Assembly: GCA_963678065.2 (NCBI GenBank)
Contig: CAXXVZ010000002.1
Location: 677,669 to 741,668 of the forward strand
DNA length: 64,000 bases
Reading direction: 5' to 3'
Source of the DNA: Treponemataceae bacterium
GTDB lineage: Bacteria > Spirochaetota > Spirochaetia > Treponematales > Rectinemataceae
Translations under genes and position numbers: made by a program
Shown: positions 9,803-19,088 of the stretch, piece after piece
Layout: the number at the start of each line of letters is the position of its first letter
How positions within the stretch are numbered: position 1 is the stretch's first letter
The notes under the pieces: generated by a model
Seen by the model: only the letters and a program-made list of their open reading frames with translations
Told to the model about the DNA's origin: nothing
The model's database searches: none

Positions 9803-10249
9803 TCAGACTCCCCGCCGGTACATGACTAGCTGAGCCACATCCCCGACAAGGCCGGAAACGATCATCGCGGCGCCGATGGCGATCACCAGCGCATGGCCAG
9901 GCATGCCAAAGGCGAGGCAGGCCAGTCCAACCAACACACCAGCCATGAAGAGACCATACGACAGGCTGGTCGCCTTCAGGTCGATCAGCTTGTCCATCTC
10001 GTCCTCGAGGTCCACGGGTTCCGCGTTTGCGGTCACGTGGTGGACTACGGCAAAGACGATCACGGTGACCAGTCTGATAGCCACCTGCAGCGGAACATAG
10101 ACCAGAGCGGCAATGGCCCAGAACACGAGATCGGCCGGGACCTGAACAATCCGGTCATGCCAGTTCAGCCACATGAACAAGAAGTACAATGCCGTAACCG
10201 CCACATTGCTCGCCAAGAATACGATGCCCCGCTTTTCCTGATACTGCAT
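9803..10249 (-). CDS. Hypothetical membrane protein (DExD motif type usually paired with XRE regulators)
   Basis: Four hydrophobic segments, [12 protein letters not shown] motif, ends YRRGV. Confidence 0.75.
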   Translation of the reverse strand: MQYQEKRGIVFLASNVAVTALYFLFMWLNWHDRIVQVPADLVFWAIAALVYVPLQVAIRLVTVIVFAVVHHVTANAEPVDLEDEMDKLIDLKATSLSYGLFMAGVLVGLACLAFGMPGHALVIAIGAAMIVSGLVGDVAQLVMYRRGV

Positions 10250-10277
10250 GTCTCGCCCCCAAAGCAATGTTTGTCGT

Positions 10278-10310
10278 ACATAATGTACAACATGTTTTAC
10301 ATTATGTCAA
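10278..10310 (-). promoter_or_regulatory. Promoter with overlapping 30-bp palindromic operator (probable XRE autoregulation)
   Basis: TTGACA-17-TACATT on the minus strand; ACATAATGTACAACATGTTTTACATTATGT (10278..10307) is palindromic except for one mismatched pair. Confidence 0.75.
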
Positions 10311-10460
10311 TTGACTTTTTCTTTGTGTATGCATTTTTTGTCATTCATCGGGGTGTTTTGGCCGTCCCGGCGCAGACGTAGGCGCTAGGTCTTCAGCGCG
10401 GCCGGTATTCCTGCATCGATATCGTCGACTTCAGGCGCGGGCGTGGCAGTACCCCGGCGC

Positions 10461-10949
10461 TCACAAAACTCCAAACCAGCGCGAAATCGCGTTTTTTCGA
10501 TCCTCGGAAAAATCCCTCATCACAGTCTCGTACAGCCAGCCCAGTGTCTTGCTCCGAAGATAGGCACGCATCTGTTCTTCTCCCTCGGCGATGACCACTT
10601 TGATCAGGCACGGGCATTTCGATGTATAGATCGACGGGTCATCCACCAGTACATTGGTTTTTCTGATTTCCGCGCACTGAAAGAGGGGCGAAGGCCCTTC
10701 TATGGCCTCGATGATATCCCAGAACGTGATGGCCTCGGGCTCGCGCGCCAATTCATAGCCACCACTGGCGCCGGGGGTCGATCGAACTATTCCCGCTTTT
10801 CGAAGTTTCGTGAAACTTTTCGAAAGATACGTTTCAGTCAGGCGGTTGAACTGGGCAAGCTCCTTGATTCCAACGAGCTTGCCTGCGGGCAGGCCCACTA
10901 AATAGAACAACGAGTGGAACGCATACTCCACACCAACGCTAAATTGCAT
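10461..10949 (-). CDS. Rrf2-family regulator, RsrR-like
   Basis: MQFSVGVEYAFH (E8, H12), YLSK, GGYELAR, FQCAEIR and CPCLI cysteines. Confidence 0.88.
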   Translation of the reverse strand: MQFSVGVEYAFHSLFYLVGLPAGKLVGIKELAQFNRLTETYLSKSFTKLRKAGIVRSTPGASGGYELAREPEAITFWDIIEAIEGPSPLFQCAEIRKTNVLVDDPSIYTSKCPCLIKVVIAEGEEQMRAYLRSKTLGWLYETVMRDFSEDRKNAISRWFGVL

Positions 10950-11009
10950 AGCCCTCTCCCAATTACCGACATTAAATATCCGCGATAGAAGTATTTTATC
11001 GAATGGAGC

Positions 11010-11074
11010 TTGACAAAACAAGAGAGAAATACCATAATCTCTATTATAGATATTGAATATCTATAATAGAGATT
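11010..11074 (+). promoter_or_regulatory. Promoter with a perfect 19-1-19 inverted repeat (probable Rrf2 operator)
   Basis: TTGACA(11010)-17-CATAAT; AATCTCTATTATAGATATT-G-AATATCTATAATAGAGATT at 11036..11074. Confidence 0.85.
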
Positions 11075-11091
11075 TCAGAAGGAGTAACTGA

Positions 11092-11463
11092 ATGATCACT
11101 GAGAAATTGACCGAAGTTCTCGAACATGAAGGTGTGGTTTCCATAGTCTCATATGCCGATGGCGAGGCCCATGTCTGCAATACCTGGAACAGTTATCTTG
11201 TAGTTCAAGATGGAATGAAGCTTCTTGTTCCTGCATATGCCATGAGAAAAACCGAGAAGAACACCACGATAAATCCTGACATCCAAATGACTCTGGGAAG
11301 CAAAGAGGTCATGGGTTTCCGTTCGATGGGGGCAGGTTTTCTATTGACGGGAACAGCCCGGTTTCTCTCCGATGGACCGGAATGGCAGATGATGAAAGAA
11401 AAATTCTCCTTTCTGACTCGTGTTCTGGAAGTTACATTGACTTCAGTAAAACAGACGCTGTAG
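11092..11463 (+). CDS. FMN-binding split-barrel (pyridoxamine 5'-phosphate oxidase-like) protein
   Basis: HEGVVSIV...HVCNTWNSY...LGSKEV.G...GF...GTA...KQTL pattern; AAGGAG RBS. Confidence 0.85.
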   Translation: MITEKLTEVLEHEGVVSIVSYADGEAHVCNTWNSYLVVQDGMKLLVPAYAMRKTEKNTTINPDIQMTLGSKEVMGFRSMGAGFLLTGTARFLSDGPEWQMMKEKFSFLTRVLEVTLTSVKQTL

Positions 11464-11583
11464 AACTCACCCCGGTCGCCACCAGGAGATCGGGCGGCCC
11501 CTGTAATTCCTCTTCAATGGACTCTCTCGTTCCAGGAACGGACACAAGGAATAGCGTCTATGGATCCTGTCGATCCGGACTTC

Positions 11584-11934
11584 CTATTTCAGCAGCCTCA
11601 CGGCGTCCGCCAGATTCTTCACGAACAACACTTTCCCGGTGCGGTTGCTTTCGTAGATGAAATCTCGCAGACTTTTGCTTTCGACGTTTTCGAAATCGCC
11701 GAGTATGATCAGCCGTTTCCGGTAGTTGGATACTTTCTGGAGAACCTCCCCCGCCATGCCCGTTTTCAGGTCGAAGAATTTTTCGGAGATGTCCGCCTTG
11801 TCGACTGAAATGGTGTTCGAGGGGGCGCTGATGAGCGCATCGAAAAACTCCGAAGCTGTGTTCAGCTTTTCGCCGGCTTCGAATGCCAGGCTGGCGATGA
11901 TTCCTTTTTCCGTTTCAGTTGTCTTTGTCGTCAC
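11584..11934 (-). CDS. DUF4180-like protein
   Basis: FFDLKTGMAGEVLQKVSNY...I.GDF...SKSLRDFIYESN motif. Confidence 0.85.
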   Translation of the reverse strand: MTTKTTETEKGIIASLAFEAGEKLNTASEFFDALISAPSNTISVDKADISEKFFDLKTGMAGEVLQKVSNYRKRLIILGDFENVESKSLRDFIYESNRTGKVLFVKNLADAVRLLK

Positions 11935-12153
11935 TGCGGAATTCCTTTGCTTGTGCGAGATTCTGCCGGAGTTTCATTCCGGAAAAAATGGAATCCATTC
12001 GTTCCCGGCTCAAGGTTCCACTGTATGTTCCGATCCGGTTTTTTTCAACCGCGGATACCTGGGCCACGATGACGACACTCCGTTTTTTATGGATTCGAAT
12101 AGAAAAACGCCCATTTCGCGGCCAGGCAGCCGGATTATCCCGGCCCCGGATGA

Positions 12154-12243
12154 TTGACAGCCCTTCTCCGCTTTTTTATCTTTCACCTTCAGCCATGGGC
12201 CAGCGAGGGGACTGCAGCCGCGGTGGAGTCCCCTCGCTGGCCC
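12154..12243 (+). promoter_or_regulatory. Promoter followed by a perfect 17-bp stem hairpin in the 5' UTR
   Basis: TTGACA(12154)-17-TATCTT; GGGCCAGCGAGGGGACT (12197..12213) pairs with AGTCCCCTCGCTGGCCC (12227..12243). Confidence 0.7.
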
Positions 12244-12264
12244 TACGGACCGACCGGAGGACAG

Positions 12265-12948
12265 GTGAAACGCTACGAAGTTCTTTTTCTGGATGCGGAC
12301 GAAACGCTTTTCGACTTCAGGAAGACCGAGGCGCAGGCTTTCGGGCACTCCTTCGCGGAGTTCGGCCTCGTCTTTTCGCCGGAGATTTTCGGCGCCTACG
12401 AGATCATCAACAGGGCGCTGTGGAAGAAGCTGGAGCGGGGCGAGACGACGCAGGAGAGGCTCAAGGTGGAGCGTTTCGAGCTTCTGTTCCGGGAAGTCGG
12501 GATCGAGGTCGATCCGGCCGTCTTCTGTGCGGTTTTCGTCCGCTGGCTCGGCGCAGGTTCCTTCCTCCTTCCGGGGGCGCAGGAACTCTGCGAGTACTTG
12601 GGCGCGCGCTACAGGCTCGCCATCGTCACGAACGGGATCGCCCAGGTGCAGCGCGCGAGATTCGAGGCTTCGTCGATCCGCCGCTTCGTCGAGGCGATCG
12701 TGATTTCCGAGGAAGTGAGTTGCTCCAAACCGGGTGCGGAAATTTTCCGGCACGCCTGCGAGGCCATGGCCTTTTTCAACAAAGCCGGGATCCTGATGAT
12801 CGGCGACTCGCTCGCCTCGGACATCCAGGGCGGTGTCAATTTCGGTATCGACACCTGCTGGCTCAATCCCTCTGGCGAGCTCCGGAGCGGCGATCCGGAG
12901 CCCACTTACGAAGTCCGGAGCCTCGAAGAGATCGGCCGGCTCCTGTAA
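12265..12948 (+). CDS. YjjG-like HAD pyrimidine nucleotidase
   Basis: FLDADETLFDF, IVTNG, SKP, MIGDSLASDIQG; GGAGG RBS before GTG 12265. Confidence 0.88.
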   Translation: MKRYEVLFLDADETLFDFRKTEAQAFGHSFAEFGLVFSPEIFGAYEIINRALWKKLERGETTQERLKVERFELLFREVGIEVDPAVFCAVFVRWLGAGSFLLPGAQELCEYLGARYRLAIVTNGIAQVQRARFEASSIRRFVEAIVISEEVSCSKPGAEIFRHACEAMAFFNKAGILMIGDSLASDIQGGVNFGIDTCWLNPSGELRSGDPEPTYEVRSLEEIGRLL

Positions 12949-13072
12949 TTCCCCTTCTAACCGGCGAAATAGCGCGCCGAAGCTGACTCCCGCACATCCC
13001 GCGCGGTATCTTGTACACTGCGTCGACGGGCGATCCAGGATCGGCTCGCGGGAAGCGCAGGAGAATAATGTC

Positions 13073-14317
13073 GTGACAGAAAGGAACTGGAAAAAAGATA
13101 TCACTATCTTTGTGGGGAGCCAGGCTCTCTCCATGCTCGGATCCATGCTCGTGCAGTACGCGATCATGTGGCACATCACTCTGACGGCCAAGTCGGGCAC
13201 GATGCAGATGATCGCCATCATCTGCGGCATCCTGCCGACTTTCTTCATATCGCCCTTCGCGGGAGTCTGGGCCGACCGCTACGACCGCAAGCTCCTCATC
13301 ATGCTCTCGGACTCGATGATCGCTCTCACAACCCTCGTTGTCGCCGTCCTCTACATTACAGGACACGGTAGCATCGGCCTCTTGTTCGTCGCCTCGGCGA
13401 TCCGCGCAGTGGGCCAGGGAATACAGTCGCCATCGGTGGGCGCCTTCCTTCCGCAGATGGTCCCCGAGGAGAACCTCACGAAGGTGAACGCGGCCAACGG
13501 GAGCATCCAGTCGGCCATCATGCTCATCGCGCCCATGGTTGCGGGAGCCCTCCTCACGGTATCGACGATCGAAGCGATCTTCTTCATCGATGTCTCCACC
13601 GCGGCGATCGCCGTGGGAATCCTCCTCTTCGGACTCAAAGTGCCGCCCCACGAGAGAGCCCTCTCCAAGGTCACCGTGAGCTACTTCCACGACCTCCGCG
13701 AGGGCTTCGTCTACATCGCCCGGCACCCCTACGTGAAGCGCTTCTTCGTCTTCTGCGCCTGCTTCTTCTTCTCCGCCGCCCCGGTGGCCTTTCTCACCCC
13801 CCTCCAGGTGACCCGCTCATTCGGCTCCGAAGTCTGGAGGCTCACAGCCATCGAGATCGCCTTTTCCTCGGGCATGATCGCGGGAGGCGTCGTCATGGGA
13901 ACCTGGGGCGGCCTGAAGAACAGGATCCACACCATGGCCCTCGCGAGCTTCGGGATCGGGGCCATGACTTTCGCCCTCGGCCTTGTGCCGGTCTTCTGGA
14001 TCTACCTCGCCCTCATGGCGATCACTGGGGTGACCATGCCGCTCTTCAACACTCCGGCGACCGTCCTTTTGCAGGAGAAGGTCGAGCCCGAGTTCCGCGG
14101 CCGCGTCTTTGGCGTTATGGGCATGATATCGAGCATCATGATGCCCGCGGGCATGCTCATCTTCGGTCCCGTCGCCGACATCGTCCGGATCGAGTGGCTC
14201 CTCGTGGGATCGGGGATCGCGATTTTCGTCCTCGGGTTCATGCTGATCGGGAGTCGCACCCTGGTGGCCGCTGGGAGGAAGGCGGATGTCCTGGACGTGA
14301 ACGCTGCCGGGCGCTGA
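13073..14317 (+). CDS. MFS efflux transporter (DHA3-like)
   Basis: SQALSMLGSMLVQYAIMW, GVWADRYDRK, GRVFG motifs; many hydrophobic segments. Confidence 0.9.
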   Translation: MTERNWKKDITIFVGSQALSMLGSMLVQYAIMWHITLTAKSGTMQMIAIICGILPTFFISPFAGVWADRYDRKLLIMLSDSMIALTTLVVAVLYITGHGSIGLLFVASAIRAVGQGIQSPSVGAFLPQMVPEENLTKVNAANGSIQSAIMLIAPMVAGALLTVSTIEAIFFIDVSTAAIAVGILLFGLKVPPHERALSKVTVSYFHDLREGFVYIARHPYVKRFFVFCACFFFSAAPVAFLTPLQVTRSFGSEVWRLTAIEIAFSSGMIAGGVVMGTWGGLKNRIHTMALASFGIGAMTFALGLVPVFWIYLALMAITGVTMPLFNTPATVLLQEKVEPEFRGRVFGVMGMISSIMMPAGMLIFGPVADIVRIEWLLVGSGIAIFVLGFMLIGSRTLVAAGRKADVLDVNAAGR

Positions 14318-14426
14318 TAGGGAAACCTCGCTCCTGTTCCTTCGCTCGTGTTCCTGCATTCCGTATTGTGTCCTCATTGCGCCCGTGGTAGGCTTGCCTG
14401 TGGCTTGTGCTTCATGGAGGTGCGCC

Positions 14427-15737
14427 ATGCAGATGCCGGGGTATTCGATACGGATCGTCCCGCAGATCGCGGCCACTGTCGCGCTCTGTCTGATCGCGCT
14501 GTCGTTTCAGGGCTGTGCAAAGAAGGAGCCCACCCCCGGCGCGGATGCGAAAATCACCCTCGAGTTCATCAGCTGGCGGACTGAGGACATCGAGCGGATG
14601 AACCGCATCAACTCTCTCTTCACCAAAACACATCCGGACATCGCTATCGACTTCCAGCCGATAAGCGACACGGAGTATGACGCGCAGATGCGCACCCGCT
14701 TCGAGACAGGGACCGGGGCGGACATCGTCTTCCTGCGCTCCTACGATTCCGGCCGCGCCATCTACGAGGGAGGCTGGCTCTACGATCTCACCGCGGTCAT
14801 CCCCGGCCTGGACAAATTTCCCGCACCGGCCGTCGCGGCCTGGTCCACCGAAGACGGCGTGACCTACGCCGTGCCTTCCGTGGGCGTCACCCACGGCATC
14901 TACTACAACAAAGCCATTTTCGACAGACACGGCCTCGTCGAACCCGCGACCTGGGACGAGTTCATCGCCACCTGCGAGACTCTCCGCAAAGCCGGCGAGA
15001 TCGTTTTCGCCCAGGGGACTATGGACGAGTGGACCCTCTACGAGGTCCTCTTCTCCGGCCTTGGCGCGAACTTCTACGGCGGAGAGAAAGCGCGCCGGGA
15101 CCTCATGGCCGGCAAGGTGCGGCTCACGGATCCCGCCTTCGTCTCGGCCTTCGAGGCCATCGCCTCCCTCCGCAAGTATCTGCCCGATGGCTACGAGGCC
15201 CTGGATTATGTGAGCATGCAGCAGCTTTTCGGGTCCACCAAGGCCGCCATGTTCATAGGCGGCTCCTGGGAAATCGGCCTCTTCGAGGACCTTGGGCTGG
15301 ACTCAGGCAAGATCGGTTGGTTCGCTCCGCCTGTACCCCGCGCCGGAGACCGGCTCAGGTACTGCTTCCAAGTGGACGCGGGCATCGGGCTCAACAAGGC
15401 CTCCAAAAACCTCAAAGCAGCCCTGGAGTACATCAAGTGGGTCTCCGGCCCTGAATACGCCGCGGCGATCATGAACGAACTGCCGGGATTCTTTTCCTTC
15501 ACCCCCGACGCGGGCTTTCCTGCCAATCCCCTGGCTCGAGACATGTACGACGCGACCCGCGACGCGGACAATACGGTGCGCCCCCTCTGGGAAAAGCTCA
15601 GCGCCCGCTCCCCCAGCGGCAACGAACTCATGGGCTTCGCACTCTCGAGCATGATGGTCGGCACCTACACGCCCGCACAGGCTGCGGGCTACGTGCAGGA
15701 CCAGCTGTCCACCTGGTACCCGGCCTTCAGGAAATAG
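14427..15737 (+). CDS. Carbohydrate ABC transporter substrate-binding lipoprotein
   Basis: Lipobox-like FQGC, GIYYNKAIF, PATWDEF, KAAMFIGGSW. Confidence 0.9.
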   Translation: MQMPGYSIRIVPQIAATVALCLIALSFQGCAKKEPTPGADAKITLEFISWRTEDIERMNRINSLFTKTHPDIAIDFQPISDTEYDAQMRTRFETGTGADIVFLRSYDSGRAIYEGGWLYDLTAVIPGLDKFPAPAVAAWSTEDGVTYAVPSVGVTHGIYYNKAIFDRHGLVEPATWDEFIATCETLRKAGEIVFAQGTMDEWTLYEVLFSGLGANFYGGEKARRDLMAGKVRLTDPAFVSAFEAIASLRKYLPDGYEALDYVSMQQLFGSTKAAMFIGGSWEIGLFEDLGLDSGKIGWFAPPVPRAGDRLRYCFQVDAGIGLNKASKNLKAALEYIKWVSGPEYAAAIMNELPGFFSFTPDAGFPANPLARDMYDATRDADNTVRPLWEKLSARSPSGNELMGFALSSMMVGTYTPAQAAGYVQDQLSTWYPAFRK

Positions 15738-15746
15738 GAGGTTTCC

Positions 15747-16670
15747 GTGCACCAACGCGCAAAACGACGGAGAAACGCGGCCAGGAGCAGCCTGGACAAT
15801 CCCGGAGGGTTTCTGTTCAAGGCCGCCTTCCTCCTGCCCGCTGTACTCGTCTATACGGTCATTCTCCTTCTGCCCATCCTGGATTCCCTGCGCCTGAGCT
15901 TCTATACAGGTGGGGGTCTTGCACCCGCGGAATTCACGGGCTTCGCGAACTACATCGCGATATTCAAGGAGTCCGCGTTCAGGGAGCGGGTGTTCGGCGC
16001 CTTCGGAAACAATCTCCTCTTCTTCGTCATGGTCACCCTCGCTCAGAACGTCCTCGGCCTCCTCGTGGCCTGGGCGGTCACCCGGAAGATGCGGGGCGCA
16101 GGCTTTCTCAGGAAGGTGAGTTTTCTGCCCACCACCCTCTCGGTGCTGGTCGTGGGCTTTCTCTTCAAGCAGATGCTCAATCCCGTATGGGGCATGTTCG
16201 GAACCTTCCCCTGGCTGGGGAACGAGAGCACCGCCCTTCCCGTACTTGCCCTGGCGGTGAGCTGGCAATTCATCGGGGAGTCTGTGCTTCTCTACACCGC
16301 CGGCATCGACGCTATCCCCGGGGAACTCCTAGAGGCCGCACACATCGATGGCGCCTCCTGGTTCGTCGAGCTCAGGAGCATCATCCTGCCCTCGCTCAAG
16401 CCCATAATCGGCCTCGTGACTCTCCTCATCTTCGTGGGAGACTTCACCCAGTTCGACATCGTGTACGCCATGACCACCACGATGGCCAATCCCCGTTTCA
16501 GGACGGACCTCTTCGGCTCCCTCTTCTACCGCACGGCTTTCTCCAGTCCCGTTCGGGGTGGCTGGGGAATGGGCATGGGCGCCGCCGTGTCGACGATCAT
16601 GCTGCTCGTGGTGAGTATGGGCGTGGCTCTCTGGTACTATGTTTTCAAAGTCCGGAACAGGGAGGACTGA
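15747..16670 (+). CDS. Carbohydrate ABC transporter permease
   Basis: ELLEAAHIDGAS EAA motif. Confidence 0.92.
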   Translation: MHQRAKRRRNAARSSLDNPGGFLFKAAFLLPAVLVYTVILLLPILDSLRLSFYTGGGLAPAEFTGFANYIAIFKESAFRERVFGAFGNNLLFFVMVTLAQNVLGLLVAWAVTRKMRGAGFLRKVSFLPTTLSVLVVGFLFKQMLNPVWGMFGTFPWLGNESTALPVLALAVSWQFIGESVLLYTAGIDAIPGELLEAAHIDGASWFVELRSIILPSLKPIIGLVTLLIFVGDFTQFDIVYAMTTTMANPRFRTDLFGSLFYRTAFSSPVRGGWGMGMGAAVSTIMLLVVSMGVALWYYVFKVRNRED

Positions 16671-16671
16671 C

Positions 16672-17502
16672 ATGAGAAACCGCACCGTCGCCCCGAGAAT
16701 CCTGTTCTATCTCTTCATGGCCGTCTACCTTGTCGCGATTTTCTACCCCATCTACCTCATGGTGGTGACATCGCTGAAGCCCAACGCGGAAATTTTCACA
16801 AATCCATTCGGGCTTCCCCGGAATCTCCACCTGAAAAACTATGCCACCATGCTGGAGCGCTCGCACTATCCGCAGTATTTCCTCAACAGCCTCTCAGTCG
16901 TGGTCTTTTCATCCCTCATCGTGCTTCTCTGCTCCGCTCCGGCCTCCTACATCCTGGCCAAGTACCGCTTCAGGGGTTCGGGATTTCTCTACGCCTTCTT
17001 CGTGGCCGGACTCATCATCCCCATCAAACTGGGCACGATCTCGATCCTCAGGCTCATGATCGGGTGGGGCATCAACGACAGCATCTTGTCAGTGATTCTT
17101 GTGAACGCGGCCACGGGCATACCCTTCGGAATCTTCATCCTCACGGACTTCATACGCATGATTCCCGATGAGCTCAGCGCGGCGGGGCGGATCGACGGCT
17201 GCGCAGAGGCTTCCATTTTCACCCGCATCATCCTGCCGCTGCTGCTCCCGGCCGTGGCCTCGGTGATCATCGTGAATTTCATTCCCATGTGGAACGATTT
17301 CTGGTTCCCTCTGGTGCTCCTGCGCTCGGACCACGCGAAAACCGTCCCCCTGGCTACGGCTCTCCTGTTCGGGCAGTACCAGACCAATTTCGGCTACGTG
17401 TTCGCAGTGCTCACCATGGCTACGGTGCCCGTGGTGCTCGCCTACCTCTTCTTCTCCAAGTGGTTCGTCAAGGGACTCACCGAAGGAAGTCTTAAGGGAT
17501 GA
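16672..17502 (+). CDS. Carbohydrate ABC transporter permease
   Basis: IPDELSAAGRIDGC, WNDFWFPL, GLTEGSLKG. Confidence 0.92.
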   Translation: MRNRTVAPRILFYLFMAVYLVAIFYPIYLMVVTSLKPNAEIFTNPFGLPRNLHLKNYATMLERSHYPQYFLNSLSVVVFSSLIVLLCSAPASYILAKYRFRGSGFLYAFFVAGLIIPIKLGTISILRLMIGWGINDSILSVILVNAATGIPFGIFILTDFIRMIPDELSAAGRIDGCAEASIFTRIILPLLLPAVASVIIVNFIPMWNDFWFPLVLLRSDHAKTVPLATALLFGQYQTNFGYVFAVLTMATVPVVLAYLFFSKWFVKGLTEGSLKG

Positions 17503-17511
17503 CCGCGCCGC

Positions 17512-18171
17512 TCAGCGCTTCGACGCGAGCGGCACCCCGAGGGCGACGAGATCGCGGCGCAGGGTGTCCGCGTCGACGAAGAGCCGCGCCTCGATGCCCA
17601 GATCGCGCGCAACGTCGACGTTGTCGGCGTTGTCATCCGTGAAGAAGGCGTTTTCGGGTTCGACGCCCTCGGCTTCGAGGATGGCGAGCCAGAAGACCGG
17701 GTCCGGTTTGGAAAAGCCGATCTCGTTTGAAGCGTAGACCGCCTGGAAGCCTTCGTAGAATCCGAGGCGGCGGTTCTTTTCGTGGTGGCAGTCGATCGTG
17801 TTGGTGCCGCCCACGACGCGCGCCGCGCGCGTGTTTCGCCCCGAGGCCACGCCTACGCCCCCGGCGGAAGCGATGGCGTAGGAGGCCGGCAGCGCCGCGA
17901 GTTCGCGCACGAGCTCGAAGCTTTCGGCGATCGGCGTCGGGTTGAACAGAGTATCCCAGTAGTTCTCCGCCACCTCGATGCCTGTCCGCGCCGTGAACAG
18001 GCGCCAGTATTCCGCGGAGTCGATGCGACCGCAGGAAAAGTCGTTCATATTGGGCACGAGGAGAGGACGAAGCTCTTCTTGGCTCATGCCCATGGCAGCC
18101 GCCATATCCGGAAGAACCAGGAAGTTGCGGATCATGACGCCGCCCTCGTCGAAGATAAAAAGATCGATCAC
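17512..18171 (-). CDS. HAD-family phosphatase (YihX-like)
   Basis: FIFDEGGV, SKPDP, FFTDDNADNV; GTGA overlap with the upstream permease. The longer ORF in the track is an upstream extension. Confidence 0.85.
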   Translation of the reverse strand: MIDLFIFDEGGVMIRNFLVLPDMAAAMGMSQEELRPLLVPNMNDFSCGRIDSAEYWRLFTARTGIEVAENYWDTLFNPTPIAESFELVRELAALPASYAIASAGGVGVASGRNTRAARVVGGTNTIDCHHEKNRRLGFYEGFQAVYASNEIGFSKPDPVFWLAILEAEGVEPENAFFTDDNADNVDVARDLGIEARLFVDADTLRRDLVALGVPLASKR

Positions 18172-19088
18172 GATTTGCTCCCGCCGTAGACGGCCGCGCC
18201 GCCCAGGAAGTATTTGGACATGGTGAAAAAGAGCGCGAAGACAGGGATCGATGCGATGACGGCGACGGCCATCATCGCCCCCTCGTCTGAGGAGAGTTCC
18301 GCCGTGAACTTCACGATGTAGGTCGGTATGGTCTTGAGCTCGTCGCGCTGGGCGATGAGCAGCGGCCAGAGGAGGTTGTCCCACTGGCCCCGGAAGGCCA
18401 GGATGGCCAGCGTCGCTATGGCGGGCCCCGCGTTCTTGAAGACGATCTTCGCGAAGATGCCGGGCTCCGAGCAGCCGTCGATGCGCGCCGCGTCGAGGAG
18501 TTCCTCGGGGAAGCCGAGGAGATACTGGCGCATGAGGAAGACGCCGAAAGCGCTCGTGAGGAAGGGCATGATGAGGCCTGCGTAGCTGTCCTGGAGGCCG
18601 AGTCTGACCGCCGTCAGGAAAAGCGGAATCATGATCGCCTCGAAGGGGATCATCATCGTCGCCATGATGCCCATGAAGACGATGTTCCTGCCCTTGAACT
18701 TGAACTTGGCGAGTCCGTAGCCCGCCGCCGAGGCCAGACAAACCGAGGAGATGGCGACCGATACCGCCACGATGAGAGAGTTCATGATGTTGCGCAGGTA
18801 CATGTACGAGCCGTCCGCTCCCGCGATGGCCTTGTAGTAGTTGGACCACTTCGGCTCTCTCGGTATCCAGGGATAAGGCATGGAGATGATGTCCGAAGCC
18901 GGCATGAGGGAAGCGCCGATCATGAAGACCAGCGGCATGATCGCAATTCCGCAGACAACGAGGAGGGCGACCGTCGTCGCGACGGAGGCCGCGCGCGCGC
19001 GGGTGAATGCGGTGCGACGGCGCCTCGGATGCGGCGCGGTCGTGACAGGGGAGCCGCCTGTGCCGGGGCCTGTTTTCGTCGCGCTCAT
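18168..19088 (-). CDS. Carbohydrate ABC transporter permease
   Basis: ELLDAARIDGC motif. Confidence 0.92.
   Translation of the reverse strand: MSATKTGPGTGGSPVTTAPHPRRRRTAFTRARAASVATTVALLVVCGIAIMPLVFMIGASLMPASDIISMPYPWIPREPKWSNYYKAIAGADGSYMYLRNIMNSLIVAVSVAISSVCLASAAGYGLAKFKFKGRNIVFMGIMATMMIPFEAIMIPLFLTAVRLGLQDSYAGLIMPFLTSAFGVFLMRQYLLGFPEELLDAARIDGCSEPGIFAKIVFKNAGPAIATLAILAFRGQWDNLLWPLLIAQRDELKTIPTYIVKFTAELSSDEGAMMAVAVIASIPVFALFFTMSKYFLGGAAVYGGSKS

Noticed and set aside
13073..14317. Calling the MFS gene a mef(A) macrolide-resistance gene
   Set aside because: Only family-level similarity is visible; there is no msr(D) partner or mobile context.
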